A stretch of DNA of 64,000 nucleotides from an uncultured Phycisphaerales bacterium (GCA_903845195.1 CAIMWO010000077.1:8230-72229); one strand, 5' to 3'; positions 19,853 through 35,768 are shown, counted from the first letter of the stretch. Program-made: numbers and translations. Notes: generated by a model not told the origin, from the letters alone.

Positions 19853-20635
19853 ATGTCCACGCCGAAGGTTCATTTGTGGATAGCAGTTGCGACAGTGATG
19901 GCGGCAGGCGCTACGATGGCCAGAGCCGACAGTGTGACACTGGTTGACCAGTTTCGATTTGTCCGCGTCGACGCCTACGCAGGCGCAGGCGGATACGGCA
20001 CCGCGAACTTTAATGAACAGTATCTGGTTAATACCAACTCAGCCTATAACTATGGGGTGTTCGACCACAGCGTCTCATCAACCGCGTCGGCTACTAGTGT
20101 CGATTCGCTAAGTAGCGGGAGCACGACTGCCACTACATCGATGTACAGCACGATCGTGACCGGCCCTACCAGCGCTGAGATCGATATGACCGCCAGCACG
20201 GATCTCTCAGGAACGGGCACAGGAGATGTGATTCATAGCCGCACCCTACCAAATCCGAACCAGAACCGCTCATCTTCGTTTGCCAATTACTGGGTCACGT
20301 TCTCCATCACTCAAGCCCATTCTTACGTACTTACCATTGCCGACTTCGCCAACAACATCGACCAGGCTGGACTGTTCGACTGGACCGGCGGTTCCTATCA
20401 AGGGACGATCGTATCGCATAGCAACGGCATTTTTACCGGCACCCTCCAAGCGGGCACCTACCGAGTGACGGGTTTGTCGCATATTGAATATCCAATTTCG
20501 ACCTTGCCCTCGTCAGATGCCTTAACCGTGAACCTTTCGCTAACAGCACTTGACAACTCTCCCGTACCCGAGCCGGCTTCGCTGGCATTGTTGGGCGTGG
20601 GGGCGGTGGGACTGATGGCGCGGCGGCGGCAGTGA
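19853..20635 (+). CDS. PEP-CTERM sorting-domain protein
   Basis: GGGAG RBS; signal peptide ending ARA; VPEPASLALLGVGAVGLMARRRQ. Confidence 0.88.
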   Translation: MSTPKVHLWIAVATVMAAGATMARADSVTLVDQFRFVRVDAYAGAGGYGTANFNEQYLVNTNSAYNYGVFDHSVSSTASATSVDSLSSGSTTATTSMYSTIVTGPTSAEIDMTASTDLSGTGTGDVIHSRTLPNPNQNRSSSFANYWVTFSITQAHSYVLTIADFANNIDQAGLFDWTGGSYQGTIVSHSNGIFTGTLQAGTYRVTGLSHIEYPISTLPSSDALTVNLSLTALDNSPVPEPASLALLGVGAVGLMARRRQ

Positions 20636-20714
20636 GGTGTTAACGGTGGCTGAGGTCAGAGAGAGTCACGCGGCGTGTGCTGCGGGAGAATAGAGGCCCC
20701 AAGGGGATATTGTC

Positions 20715-23183
20715 ATGAATACATCCAAGAACCGTACGTCGAGTTTACGGGGAAAATTGCAGCACCCAGTTTCTCATCACTCAGAGCCAGGAGATTCCGC
20801 AACCATTACGCAGTCGCGTCGTGTGGCACTGGCCACGGCGATCGCTTCGCTATCGTTCGCTTGGGCGGCCCCGGCCTTTGCCGTTGATCGCATTGTCCAA
20901 ACGAATTGGAGTTACTGGAATACCTCTTCCAATTGGCTCCTGAACGCAGTTCCGAACAGCAACGACAATGCCTTCGTGATCGGCAATAGAGGCGTCTACA
21001 TCAACCAAGCGGAACCAAATGTCAACGCCATTTACGTCGGCCAAGGTTTGACTGCCGGCCAGAACACGGGCGTTGTCGAAAGTGATGTCGGGGGCTCCAT
21101 CAACACTAACTATATTTTTCTCTCGCGTGATTCGTCGAATGACGGCACGTGGAACAACAACGGCGGCACGGTCACCGTCAATAGCCTGCTCGAAATCGGC
21201 AACCCCAATAACGGCGGTGGCGCCGGCATCTTCAATATGAACAGCGGAACCGTAAATGTGGTCGGCGACACCACCGTTGGTAATGAAAGCACGAACTGCC
21301 AGCTCATCTACAGCGGCGGAACCTTTCATACGGGAACGCTGAAGGTAGGAGTTGGATCCTTATCATCCGGTGTCGTACAGTCGTCATCCCTCTTGGTAAG
21401 TAATAACCTTTCGGGCGCTCCCTTCGGTGCAAATTCCTTCTCGCAAGGCAACGGGATAACGACGATTTCCGGCACCACTACAGTTGTGAATGGCTCCACG
21501 CTTTCGCTGGCTGGCGGCATCTTCAATACCGGTTCGCTCGATATGTCCGGTCACACGGAAAACTTCCACTGGACTGGCGGGGCACTCAATCTCACCAATT
21601 CGAACCTTACCATCGGTACGGGCGGAGCCATCGGCACCAGCATCCACGGATTTCTCGCTGTCTCCGGCCAGGGCAAAACCCTCACCGTCGATACCGGCGG
21701 ATCGCTGAGCGGTGGTGCGCTGATTCTGAACACATTTACCGGTAACGTGTCCGACTACGCCCACAATTCCATCGTTGCACGCTCATTCGTGCAGAATGCT
21801 GGCCTCACCTTCGCTTCGTATACCAACATTTCTGCCGCTGCCACTCTCACATTGAACGGTGGAACATTTCGCACCGGTCTTCTGTCCGGTACGCTCGCAA
21901 ACTTCCACTGGAACGGCGGCACCCTCGAACTCCTCGATGCAGGCTTGGTCAACTATACGGGCGCCAGTATCGGAACGGGCGGAGACCTCGGTCCCAGTCT
22001 CGCCACTTCCGCCACCAAAAAGCTGCGTGTTACCGGCACAGGCAAGACCTTGAAGATTCTCAGCGGTGGTACGTTGTCGGCGGGAAGCTTGATTGTCGGA
22101 GACCCCGGACCTTACGGCAGTACCAATGCTGAGGTTTTCGCGCAGGGCTTCACGCAGAACGGCGGCACCACCACCATAAACGGTGCCACGACGATCAACA
22201 CTGGAGCGACGCTAAGCCTCTCCGGCGGGAGGATCAAGACAAATTCTCTTTCCGAGGCGGGCAACTTCAATTGGACAGGCGGAACGCTCGAACTCAATGG
22301 CGGCGTTTTGAGCACGCAGTACTCTTCTTTTTCTGTTGATGCCAACTGTATTCTCGCGGGTTACGGCACCATTATGAACGACACCGTGGTCCATGGTACG
22401 CTCCAACTTACGCCACACCACTTGCTCTCCATTTCCATCGATCCCTACACATTCACAGCGCTGACGCTATCCGGCGCGACGTTGCAGCTTGCCCCGGCGT
22501 TGACAGCTACTGATTTTGCCCAAGCGGGCAATACGCATATCCTGAAGGCATCGCACATTTACGGAACGTTCGCCAATCAGCGCGTTGTCTCTGCCGATGG
22601 CCATCAATCGTGGGGCATTCAGTACAGTGCGACCGATGTGTGGCTTTCAGGGTATATGATTGATTCGGCGCCCATCACGGTAGCAACCAGTAACGTGCCG
22701 CAGGCCACTGACCTGTTGGGTGGTTCCACGAGCGTCGGTGGCGTAACCACGAGTTTCAACCAAGTTGCCACCAGCGGGGCGATGACCGCCAGCTATCAGA
22801 CATTAAGCGCGTCCGAATTAGCCGCCCAGACCGGTACCGCCAATTTCTCGCTCCCTGGAGGCACCGCGCAACTTTGGGATTTGCACTTTAATGGCAGCTT
22901 CACTGGTACGACCCGCGTTACCTTCCATTACGACCCTTCGCTGTTGGGCGGCCTCGCTGAAACCTCGCTGCAGCTCTACCATTTCACTGGCGGCCAATGG
23001 GTGCTGCTGGATAATCAGGTTGTAGATACGGTCAATGATTTGATCAGCGCCGACACGCCCAGTTTCTCACCATTCGAGCTTGGGGGCCCGCTCTCATCAG
23101 TTCCCGAACCGACGTCTCTGACGCTGCTGGGGGTGGGGGCGGTGGGGCTGACGATGCGGCAGCGGCGGCGAAACGCAGAATAG
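20715..23183 (+). CDS. Large Gly/Thr-rich repeat PEP-CTERM protein (beta-solenoid-like)
   Basis: Signal ending AFA; three NFxWxGG-containing repeats; VPEPTSLTLLGVGAVGLTMRQRRR. Confidence 0.88.
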   Translation: MNTSKNRTSSLRGKLQHPVSHHSEPGDSATITQSRRVALATAIASLSFAWAAPAFAVDRIVQTNWSYWNTSSNWLLNAVPNSNDNAFVIGNRGVYINQAEPNVNAIYVGQGLTAGQNTGVVESDVGGSINTNYIFLSRDSSNDGTWNNNGGTVTVNSLLEIGNPNNGGGAGIFNMNSGTVNVVGDTTVGNESTNCQLIYSGGTFHTGTLKVGVGSLSSGVVQSSSLLVSNNLSGAPFGANSFSQGNGITTISGTTTVVNGSTLSLAGGIFNTGSLDMSGHTENFHWTGGALNLTNSNLTIGTGGAIGTSIHGFLAVSGQGKTLTVDTGGSLSGGALILNTFTGNVSDYAHNSIVARSFVQNAGLTFASYTNISAAATLTLNGGTFRTGLLSGTLANFHWNGGTLELLDAGLVNYTGASIGTGGDLGPSLATSATKKLRVTGTGKTLKILSGGTLSAGSLIVGDPGPYGSTNAEVFAQGFTQNGGTTTINGATTINTGATLSLSGGRIKTNSLSEAGNFNWTGGTLELNGGVLSTQYSSFSVDANCILAGYGTIMNDTVVHGTLQLTPHHLLSISIDPYTFTALTLSGATLQLAPALTATDFAQAGNTHILKASHIYGTFANQRVVSADGHQSWGIQYSATDVWLSGYMIDSAPITVATSNVPQATDLLGGSTSVGGVTTSFNQVATSGAMTASYQTLSASELAAQTGTANFSLPGGTAQLWDLHFNGSFTGTTRVTFHYDPSLLGGLAETSLQLYHFTGGQWVLLDNQVVDTVNDLISADTPSFSPFELGGPLSSVPEPTSLTLLGVGAVGLTMRQRRRNAE

Positions 23184-23264
23184 TGTTGATAGATGTCGAT
23201 GTCTTGGGTATTTTGGTCTTGTGTGGGCTAATGACAAATAAATTCTAATAGGGAAAGGGATGAC

Positions 23265-23966
23265 ATGAGCGCACGAAAAGTGGCCGTGGGAGTTGTGGCG
23301 CTGGCGACGGCGTGGGGAGCTGCCGGTGAAGAAGCGACGGCGGCCCCAGAGGCGACGATTCACATCTCCGTTACGCCGGAACAGCAACTTACCAATCTGA
23401 AGTTACTGGTAAGTAATCTCAACGGTTCGCCTGCATTGGACTGGTTTTCGGTGGCCGATACGGTGCCCGGACAGGTGACGAGCACGTTCGATGTGCCGGT
23501 AGATACCTCTGGATTCGTATCATTTACAGATCCCGTCATCTATTCGCTGGTAGGTCTCTACGGTAACGCGCCAACGAGCGCCAATGTTGCCGTGCTGGTG
23601 GCCAATCCGGGTGACATTGTTGGTCTGCATGACTGGGCCGGCACGTTCGTTGATGCATTCGCACCGACGGAGGCCGAGGTTGGCAACGCCCTCATCAACA
23701 ATCTTCCGTCGTTCTTCTCCACGCCGTACGATTTGATGTTCAACCTGAATGGCAGTGACTATGTCACCAGTAACGCGATAGGACCAACGCTGGGCCTTGG
23801 GCATTCGGCAGACGCGGGCACGTTCGTCTACTTCAGCAACGGCGTTTACGGAGGGACGGCGTCGGCGTTTATTGTCAGTGACATTCCGGAGCCTGCCAGC
23901 CTGGCGCTGCTGGCGTTCGGCGGGCTGGCGCTGGCGTCACGTCGTCGGCCAAGGAAAGGCGCGTAG
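23265..23966 (+). CDS. PEP-CTERM sorting-domain protein
   Basis: Signal peptide; IPEPASLALLAFGGLALASRRR. Confidence 0.88.
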   Translation: MSARKVAVGVVALATAWGAAGEEATAAPEATIHISVTPEQQLTNLKLLVSNLNGSPALDWFSVADTVPGQVTSTFDVPVDTSGFVSFTDPVIYSLVGLYGNAPTSANVAVLVANPGDIVGLHDWAGTFVDAFAPTEAEVGNALINNLPSFFSTPYDLMFNLNGSDYVTSNAIGPTLGLGHSADAGTFVYFSNGVYGGTASAFIVSDIPEPASLALLAFGGLALASRRRPRKGA

Positions 23967-23987
23967 TTCGACTGAGCTGGAGCGCAA

Positions 23988-25121
23988 GTGGCAGGAATGC
24001 TGAGTGCGATCATCCTTGCCCGTGATGAAGCGGCGAATATTGCCGGAGCGATAGATTCGGTCCGTGAGGTCGTGGACGAGGTCGTCGTTGGGGACACGGG
24101 GTCGACGGACGACACGGTCATTATTGCACGCGAGCATGGGGCGCGTGTGGTATCAATCCCGTGGCGGTCACGGTTTGATGAGGCGTTGAATACGCTGACC
24201 GATGCATCGTCCGGGGATACTGTGTTTCGGCTGGACGCTGATGAGCGGCTTGTCCCGGAGGCTGCGAAAGCACTCCGAAGGCACGCGAACACGGCATCAC
24301 TGGTAGCCGGTGCGGTGGTTCGTCGGGACATTTTCGACTCGGCACGTCCAGAAGAAAGCACCGAGATGTGGCAAGTACGTCTGTACCGCCGCGTCCATGG
24401 GTTGCGTTGGCACGGACGACTGCATGCCGACTTGGTGACACCGACGGGAACGTCTCCCCTGGTGACGCGTTGTGAGGATGTTGCGCTGCTCCACTTCGGA
24501 TTGGCACGCGACCTGGCTGGGGGGAAACTGCGGCGCAATGTGGAGCTACTCTGGGCCGCCGTCGGGGATGAGCCGAGCGATCTAAACCATCTTGTCGAAC
24601 TTGGCCGAACACTCTTCGTACTCAAGGATCCGGCCGCGGAAGAAGTGTTGTGTCGAGCGGCACGGATTGTTAATGGCCGCGCAGAGAGTCTGCACCCCCC
24701 CGCAACGATTGTATGTACGTTGCTGGAATTCGTGTTGACGTTACCGAATCATCCGGCCGCGCGAGAACTGCTTCCGGAGCGCGCGGAGAAGCTTGCCATC
24801 CGGTGGTTCGCAGACTATCCGCCGTTGGTGTGGCTTCGGGCGCAGCGGAGGTACCAAGCCGGCGATGTTGAGGGATCGCTGACGTTGCTTGAACACGTGC
24901 GGCAGCTGGCGCGGACGTGTGGGTATGACCGTGCCAATAGTTTTGACCCGCGTATCCTTGGGGTGGATCTGGCAATCAACTTGGCCGCGTGTTACGCCGC
25001 GCTGGGTCGTGTAGATGAAGCATCGGCAGCACTGACTCCGTTTGTCGATGATCCTGTCCGCAGAGATACGGTGCGAAGGAGCCTTGCGGCGTTGACGAAG
25101 GCTGCCGGAGGAGTCGGGTAG
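23988..25121 (+). CDS. GT2 glycosyltransferase with TPR-like C-terminus (alternative ATG at 23997)
   Basis: LSAIILARDEA, VGDTGSTDDT, LDADE, WHGRLH, LLHFG; helical C-terminal repeats. Confidence 0.85.
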   Translation: MAGMLSAIILARDEAANIAGAIDSVREVVDEVVVGDTGSTDDTVIIAREHGARVVSIPWRSRFDEALNTLTDASSGDTVFRLDADERLVPEAAKALRRHANTASLVAGAVVRRDIFDSARPEESTEMWQVRLYRRVHGLRWHGRLHADLVTPTGTSPLVTRCEDVALLHFGLARDLAGGKLRRNVELLWAAVGDEPSDLNHLVELGRTLFVLKDPAAEEVLCRAARIVNGRAESLHPPATIVCTLLEFVLTLPNHPAARELLPERAEKLAIRWFADYPPLVWLRAQRRYQAGDVEGSLTLLEHVRQLARTCGYDRANSFDPRILGVDLAINLAACYAALGRVDEASAALTPFVDDPVRRDTVRRSLAALTKAAGGVG

Positions 25122-25271
25122 GATCGAAGGGTACCGACTACGCAGGGACTATTTCGGGAAGCTCGCCCGCCCTCAGGCCCGTGGCGTGCGCTGCGCTACT
25201 GCGACCTAAGCCATGGCGCGCGTCATTTCATCTGTGATAGAGCACCAGGGGGGAGGAATGCGGGGTTGGGT

Positions 25272-26324
25272 TTAGAGGTGTTCGAGGGTGGAGTCGACGT
25301 GGTCCTGGATCCAGGAGGATTTGCGACGGGCCATTTCGAGCCAGGGGATGTAGGGGTCGAGTTCGCTGATGTTGCGGGCGCGTTGGGCGGCCAGGACCGG
25401 TTCGGTGATGATGGCTTCGATCATGAGATGGGGGACGGATTCGAGTTCGGCGGAGCTGAGGATGTTGACGGAGTCGTAGCCGGCGATGAAGGCCTGGAAG
25501 AGGGGGACATTGATTTCGGCGGGCCAGAGGGCGGGGTCGGTGCCTTTTTCAAAGAAGGTGCAGAACTGGACGGCGGCGTTGGCGACGTCGACGGCGCGGA
25601 CCTGGATGCGGGCGGAGTCGAAATCGATGACGCCGACGACGAGCTGATCGATAAAGAGGACGTTGGAGGGGTGCCAATCGGAATGGGTGATTTGCGGGGG
25701 CCAGCCGGGGAGGCCCAGGCGATTGGCCTGTTGGCAGGCTTCATTGTAGGCGACGCGGAGTGCGCCGAAGGTAGCGCGGAGTTCATCCAGATAGGAGACG
25801 GGAATGCCGTCATCACCCCCCTGCTTGATGACCTTGAGGCGGGATTCCAGGATGCGTTGGACGTCGGCGTTGTCGTGGATGCAGCCAGATGGCGGCTGGA
25901 AGGCGGCCTTGTAGCGTTCGAGGAGTTTGTGATAGAGGGCGAGTACGCGGCCGGCATCGTGGGCGGCAGTGGGAGAGCGATCGTAGGGAGCTGCGGGGAG
26001 ATATTCGAAGACTTCGTAGACGGCGCCGTGGAGTTGGAGGATGGTGTTGTTGCCGGCGCGGGTGCCTTGGAGGTGCGGGAGGGGGAACTGGCGGTCGCGG
26101 AGGTAGACCTGGAGTTCGTGGGCGAAGGCGACTTTGAGGGGTTCATCGCGGCCGGGGGCGCGGCGTTTGAGGAGGAATTCTCCACGGTCGGTTTCGATGA
26201 TGGCTTTGGGAGAATAGGGGGAGCCGGCGCGGAATTTTTTGACGGCGGAAACGTTGCCGAGGTCGTAGGCGTCGAGGACGGCTTCGACTTCCCTGGGGAG
26301 GAAGCTGGTGGGTTGTAGTTCCAT
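25272..26324 (-). CDS. Phosphotransferase (homoserine kinase type II / APH family)
   Basis: FLLKRR, THSDWHPSNVLF, VIDFD. Confidence 0.8.
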   Translation of the reverse strand: MELQPTSFLPREVEAVLDAYDLGNVSAVKKFRAGSPYSPKAIIETDRGEFLLKRRAPGRDEPLKVAFAHELQVYLRDRQFPLPHLQGTRAGNNTILQLHGAVYEVFEYLPAAPYDRSPTAAHDAGRVLALYHKLLERYKAAFQPPSGCIHDNADVQRILESRLKVIKQGGDDGIPVSYLDELRATFGALRVAYNEACQQANRLGLPGWPPQITHSDWHPSNVLFIDQLVVGVIDFDSARIQVRAVDVANAAVQFCTFFEKGTDPALWPAEINVPLFQAFIAGYDSVNILSSAELESVPHLMIEAIITEPVLAAQRARNISELDPYIPWLEMARRKSSWIQDHVDSTLEHL

Positions 26325-26487
26325 GATGATGTCCTGCGAGTAACGAAAGAGTCATTTTGGGGGGGAAGCGGGGGAAAGTCCATCGCACGGTTGCGATTGT
26401 TTGCGAGGGGGCGAAAAGCTACCACAGAGACGCAGAAGCACAGAGGACGCACAGAGGGATGGCGGGGTGAGAAGGAGGATCCGCGCA

Positions 26488-26522
26488 AGAAAAAGGGCGG
26501 GTATCTTGCGATATCCGCCCTT
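26488..26522 (-). terminator. Intrinsic terminator after rpoC
   Basis: AAGGGCGGGTATC/GATATCCGCCCTT stem; plus-strand A-run gives a U-tail on the minus strand. Confidence 0.7.
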
Positions 26523-26548
26523 GGGTTCTGCTAATAATTTGCGGCCGA

Positions 26549-30916
<4,368 letters not shown>

Positions 30917-30993
30917 TTGCCAGACACTCCGAAAGAGTGATCAATCTTCAAAAAAACCAGCTACCGACCTTCAGGTTCCTCGGTGCCGACGCG

Positions 30994-33900
30994 TCAGATT
31001 TTCTTTTTCTCAAGCGTGATGTTCAGACCCAGGCCGCGGATTTCGTTGCAGAGCACGTCGAAGGAGACGGGGGTGCCGGCCTCGAGGGTGTTGGTGCCTT
31101 TGACCATGGATTCGTAGATCTTGGTGCGGCCTTCGACATCGTCGGACTTGACGGTGAGGAGTTCCTGGAGGATGTAGGCGGCGCCGTAGGCTTCGAGGCC
31201 CCAGACTTCCATCTCACCGAAGCGCTGGCCGCCGGTGCGGGCCTTGCCGCCGAGGGGCTGCTGCGTGATCAGCGAGTATGGGCCGGTGCTGCGGGCGTGG
31301 ATCTTGTCGTCGACCAAGTGGTGCAGCTTCAACATATAGATGCGGCCGACGGTGGTGCGCTGTTCGAAGGGTTCGCCGGTGCGGCCATCGAACAGTTGGA
31401 CTTTGAAGCTGGGGGGCATCTCGGCGAAGACTTCGTCCGCCGGGGGAGCGATTTTCTTTTCTTCCAGTTCCTTCTTGCGGGCCCGGACGTGCTTGTTGGC
31501 TTCTTCGACCGCGGCGGAAATTTCGCTTTCGGTAGCGCCGTCGAAGACGGGGGTGACGGCCTGGAAGCCGAGGATGGCGGCGGCCCAACCGAGGTGGGTT
31601 TCGAGAATCTGGCCGACGTTCATACGCGAAGGCACGCCGAGGGGGTTGAGCAGGATGTCGATGCTGGTGCCGTCGTCCATGAAGGGCATATCTTCTTCGG
31701 GGACGATACGGGCGATGACGCCCTTGTTGCCGTGGCGGCCTGCCATCTTGTCGCCGACGGAGAGCTGGCGTTTGGTGGCGAGGTAGACCTTGACCATTTC
31801 GAGCACACCTGAAGGCAGCTCGTCGCCGCGCTTCATGTGCTCCATCTTGCGTTCGCGTTCTTCGAAGATGGCCTTGATGCGGGCGTCGTAGCGACGGTAG
31901 ATGCTGTCGGCCTGCTTGCGCGATTCCTCGGAGCCCTTGACCCAAGTCATCTGGAAGTTCTGAATCTGTTCCAGAATAACTTCGTCCTGATCGCTCTTGC
32001 CGACCTTCTGGCGGGTGGAGGGGTCGACCATGAGCTGGCCGGTGACCTCGTTGATTTCCTCAGCCATCTGGCGGAAGAGGACGACGGCGCGGGCGTTCAT
32101 CTCCTCGCCGTACTTTTTCATGTCTTTTTGCAGTTGCTTCTTCTGGTCGTCGGACATATGCATGCGGCGGCTGAAGCGTTGGGCGCCGATGACGACGCCT
32201 TCGGTGCCGGCGGGGACTTCGAGCGAATCGTTCTTCACGTCTTCACCGGCGCGGCCGAAGATGGCGTGGAGGAGCTTTTCTTCGGGGGAGAGTTCGGTCT
32301 TGCTCTTGGGTGCGACCTTGCCGACGAGGATGTCGCCGGGGCCGACGCGGGTGCCGATGCGGACGATGCCGACGTCGTCGAGATTCTTGAGGGCCTTCTC
32401 GGAGACGTTGGGGATATCGCGGGTGAATTCCTCACGGCCGAGCTTGGTCTCGCGGATTTCGATATCGAATTCCTCGATGTGGATCGAGGTGAAGGTGTCT
32501 TTCTTGACCAGCTTTTCGCTGATGACGATGGCGTCTTCGAAGTTGTAGCCGTCATAGGTCATGAAGGCGACGAGCACGTTTTTGCCCAGGGCGAGTTCGC
32601 CCAGATCGCAAGCGGGGCCGTCGGCAATGATCTGATTTTTCTTGACGCGCTGGCCCATGGCGACGAGCGGTTTCTGGGTGAGGCAAGTCTTGTCGTTGAG
32701 GCCGGCGTTCTTACGGAGCATGTATTCATCAGAGTTGTCGATGACGATGCGTTTGGCATCGCAGTAGGTGACGACGCCGGAACGTTCGGCCTTGATGACC
32801 ATGCCGGAGTTGGTGGGGACGGCTTTTTCCATGCCGGTGGCCACGACCGGTGCCTCGCTGACGAGCAGCGGCACGGCCTGGCGTTGCATGTTGGAACCCA
32901 TCAATGCGCGGTTGGCGTCATCGTGTTCGAGGAAGGGGATCAAGGCGGCGGAGATGGCGACGGTCTGCTTGGGCGAGATGTCGACGAACTTGACGTCGGC
33001 GCCGCGAATCTGGTTCAGTTCGCCGTTGACGCGGGCGAGGACCATTTCCTGCTTGACCTTATGGGTTTCGGGATGGACGACTTCCGGCGGCGCCAGGACG
33101 GATTTCATTTCCTCGTCGGCGCGGAGGTAACGGACTTCGCCGTTGACCTTGTTGCCTTCGACGACGCGGTACGGGGTATTGAGGAAGCCGTACTCGTCGA
33201 TGCCGGCGTAGATGCCCAGCGACGCGATGAGACCGATGTTGGTGCCTTCAGGCGTTTCGATCGGACAGACGCGGCCGTAGTGGGAAATGTGTACGTCGCG
33301 GACTTCGAAGCCGGCGCGTTTGCGGTTCAAGCCGCCAGGTCCGAGGGCCGACAGACGACGCTCGTGCGTCAACTGCGACAGCGGGTTGGTCTGGTCGACG
33401 ACCTGCGAAAGTTCGCTGCGGCCGAAGAAGAATTCGATCGAGCTGCTGATACTCTTGGAGTTCACCAGTTCGACGATCTTGGTCAGTTCGTTGGGGTCCT
33501 TGAGCGACATGCGTTCCTGGACCGTGCGGCGGAGTTTCAGGAAGCCTTTGCGAAGCTCTTCGGAGGCGAGTTCGTCGATGGTGCGGAGGCGGCGGTTGCC
33601 GAGGTGGTCGATGTCATCGATGTAGCCATTGCCCGCACGGAGTTCCATGATGTACTTGAGCGAGCCGAGGATGTCCTCGGCACGCAGGGTCATTACGTCT
33701 TCCGGAACCTTCTGCTCGAACTTGCGGTTGATGCGGAAGCGGCCGACGCGGCCGAGACGGTAGCGATTGGCGTCGAAGAATTTTTCGGCAAAGAGGGTCT
33801 TGGCTTTTTCGAAGTGCGGAGGATTGCCCGGACGAAGGCGGCCGTAGATTTTCAGGAGGGCCTGTTCGTAGTTGGTGGTGCCGTCTTCCTGGATGGTGTT

Positions 33901-34743
33901 GAGGATGATGGGGTCGTTGACCTTCTCGATCACTTCAACTTTCTTGACGTTGGAGGCCTGAATCTTGGCGACGGAGTCACCGATCATGGCGCCGGACTTG
34001 ACGATTTCTTCGCCGGTTTCGGTATCAATGATGGCGCCGACGGCGTAGAAGTCGGACTTGAGCTGGCCGACGGGCACGGTGCGGGTCTCATAGAACGCGC
34101 GGAGGAGGGCTTCGTTGGTGGAGAACTTTTCATCCATGGCGCGGAGGAAGGTGGTGGCAGGGATCTTGGCGGATTGGTCGATGCGGACGGCCATGACGTC
34201 TTTCTTGGTGACGTTCATTTCGATCCACGATCCGCGTTCGGGGATGACGCGGCAGGCGTGGAGGGGGCGGTCGCCTTCCTGGGAGTCGATGACGAAGTCG
34301 ACGCCGGGGGAGCGGTGAAGCTGGGAGACGATGACGCGTTCGGCACCGTTGATGATGAATTCGCCGCCACCGGTCATGATGGGGATTTCGCCGAGGTAGA
34401 TGGCTTCTTCGAGGAGTTCGCCGGCCTTGTCTTTACGGGAGAGGCGGACGCGCACACGGAAGGGCATACCGAAGGTCAGGCGAAGGGCGCGGCACTCGTC
34501 CTGGGTGTAGCGAGGCTTGCTGAGGTCGTAGGAGAGGTACTCAAGTTTCATATTCCCGTCGTAGGATTCGATGGGATAGACTTCGCGCAACAAAGCTTCG
34601 AGGCCTTCGTTTTTCCGCTTGCCGGGCTCGACGTCAGACTGGAGGAAGCGTTTATAAGCCTCTGTCTGGACTTGAATTAGATTCGGGATCGGAAGCGCGT
34701 CCCCGCGTTTCGAATAATCACGCACCTGCGTTACACGCATCAT
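30994..34743 (-). CDS. rpoB: RNA polymerase beta subunit
   Basis: [53 protein letters not shown]. Confidence 0.99.
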   Translation of the reverse strand: MMRVTQVRDYSKRGDALPIPNLIQVQTEAYKRFLQSDVEPGKRKNEGLEALLREVYPIESYDGNMKLEYLSYDLSKPRYTQDECRALRLTFGMPFRVRVRLSRKDKAGELLEEAIYLGEIPIMTGGGEFIINGAERVIVSQLHRSPGVDFVIDSQEGDRPLHACRVIPERGSWIEMNVTKKDVMAVRIDQSAKIPATTFLRAMDEKFSTNEALLRAFYETRTVPVGQLKSDFYAVGAIIDTETGEEIVKSGAMIGDSVAKIQASNVKKVEVIEKVNDPIILNTIQEDGTTNYEQALLKIYGRLRPGNPPHFEKAKTLFAEKFFDANRYRLGRVGRFRINRKFEQKVPEDVMTLRAEDILGSLKYIMELRAGNGYIDDIDHLGNRRLRTIDELASEELRKGFLKLRRTVQERMSLKDPNELTKIVELVNSKSISSSIEFFFGRSELSQVVDQTNPLSQLTHERRLSALGPGGLNRKRAGFEVRDVHISHYGRVCPIETPEGTNIGLIASLGIYAGIDEYGFLNTPYRVVEGNKVNGEVRYLRADEEMKSVLAPPEVVHPETHKVKQEMVLARVNGELNQIRGADVKFVDISPKQTVAISAALIPFLEHDDANRALMGSNMQRQAVPLLVSEAPVVATGMEKAVPTNSGMVIKAERSGVVTYCDAKRIVIDNSDEYMLRKNAGLNDKTCLTQKPLVAMGQRVKKNQIIADGPACDLGELALGKNVLVAFMTYDGYNFEDAIVISEKLVKKDTFTSIHIEEFDIEIRETKLGREEFTRDIPNVSEKALKNLDDVGIVRIGTRVGPGDILVGKVAPKSKTELSPEEKLLHAIFGRAGEDVKNDSLEVPAGTEGVVIGAQRFSRRMHMSDDQKKQLQKDMKKYGEEMNARAVVLFRQMAEEINEVTGQLMVDPSTRQKVGKSDQDEVILEQIQNFQMTWVKGSEESRKQADSIYRRYDARIKAIFEERERKMEHMKRGDELPSGVLEMVKVYLATKRQLSVGDKMAGRHGNKGVIARIVPEEDMPFMDDGTSIDILLNPLGVPSRMNVGQILETHLGWAAAILGFQAVTPVFDGATESEISAAVEEANKHVRARKKELEEKKIAPPADEVFAEMPPSFKVQLFDGRTGEPFEQRTTVGRIYMLKLHHLVDDKIHARSTGPYSLITQQPLGGKARTGGQRFGEMEVWGLEAYGAAYILQELLTVKSDDVEGRTKIYESMVKGTNTLEAGTPVSFDVLCNEIRGLGLNITLEKKKI

Positions 34744-35047
34744 GACACCTCTACCAGTTGGTTCCGAAGGAACTTATGCCACTACTATTGAATGGATTTT
34801 GACTATTAAGACGACAAAAAAGGTGGGAAAAAATGTTCCGGCCAAACATTTCATAGTCCCGCATTCTAAACGCGACCCGAACGCAAAGCAAGTGCCGCAA
34901 AGAGAGAATTTTGGAAGATTTTTCGGTGGGCACTCCTGACAGCGGGGTGATTATCGCCCCCATGCCGACGACTGCCCCTGTTCAGGTAGCGGCCGAGGTG
35001 CGGGCCCAAGGGGTTAAGGTATAATGTGGTATCGAAAGGCAAAGATC

Positions 35048-35254
35048 ATGAAGCAGACATTTACGGCCCGCGTGTGGAAAGAAGACGAATGGTTCATCGC
35101 ACAATGCGCCCAAGTGGATGTTGCGAGCCACGGCCATTCGGAAAATGAGGCGCTGGCAAACCTGCGCGAGGCCCTCGAACTCTATTTTGAGCCCCCCACC
35201 GCGACGATCATGCCCAAGGTGACAGACATTGAGGTGGAAGTTGGGGCGGCTTAG
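35048..35254 (+). CDS. hicB: HicB-family antitoxin (short form)
   Basis: FTARVWKEDEWFIAQC..VASHGHSENEALANLREALELY. Confidence 0.8.
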   Translation: MKQTFTARVWKEDEWFIAQCAQVDVASHGHSENEALANLREALELYFEPPTATIMPKVTDIEVEVGAA

Positions 35255-35468
35255 GCCATTGGCCTATCGGGAAGTGCGTCGGAGGTTGCGCGCCGCGGGC
35301 TTTGATGAAGTGAGCCAAAAAGGCAGTCACGTCAAATTTGCGAGAACGACGGCGGAGGGGACACGTATCGCAATCGTGCCGAACCATTCTGGGGATATTC
35401 CGTTGGGCACATTGCGAAGCATTCTGAATCAGGCGGGGATGACACCGGATGAATTTGAACGATGGTGA
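35241..35468 (+). CDS. hicA: HicA-family mRNA interferase toxin
   Basis: GAGGTG RBS, TTG start; GF..SQKGSHVKF, VPNH, IPLGTLRSILNQAG; overlaps hicB. Confidence 0.85.
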   Translation: MGRLRPLAYREVRRRLRAAGFDEVSQKGSHVKFARTTAEGTRIAIVPNHSGDIPLGTLRSILNQAGMTPDEFERW

Positions 35469-35640
35469 ACACCATGCTCTGGATATTCAACGACCTATTA
35501 CGATGATCCATTCTCACTACGAGCGATTCGTGAATGAGTGCTGATACTTGTACAAGACCAATAGACGAGGCCCGGCGTGGTTAGTGCCGGGCCTCTGGTG
35601 AACTTTGTGGTGATCCCGGGCAAGCTCGGGCAATGTGATA

Positions 35641-35700
35641 TTACGTGCCCATGTCGTGGGAGCTGAGGTATTTGACTTGTTCTTTTGGTGAGGGTGTCGA
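35641..35700 (-). repeat. Displaced copy of the ahcY 3' end (direct repeat of 36949-37007)
   Basis: TTACGTGCCCATGTCGTGGGAGCTGAGGTATTTGAC...GGTGAGGGTGTCGA matches with one substitution and one extra T. Confidence 0.9.
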
Positions 35701-35768
35701 CGACAACTGGCCAATCATGGCACAAACTTCGTCGTCGGGGCGCTCGTGAGAGGGGGAGCGGCATTGCT

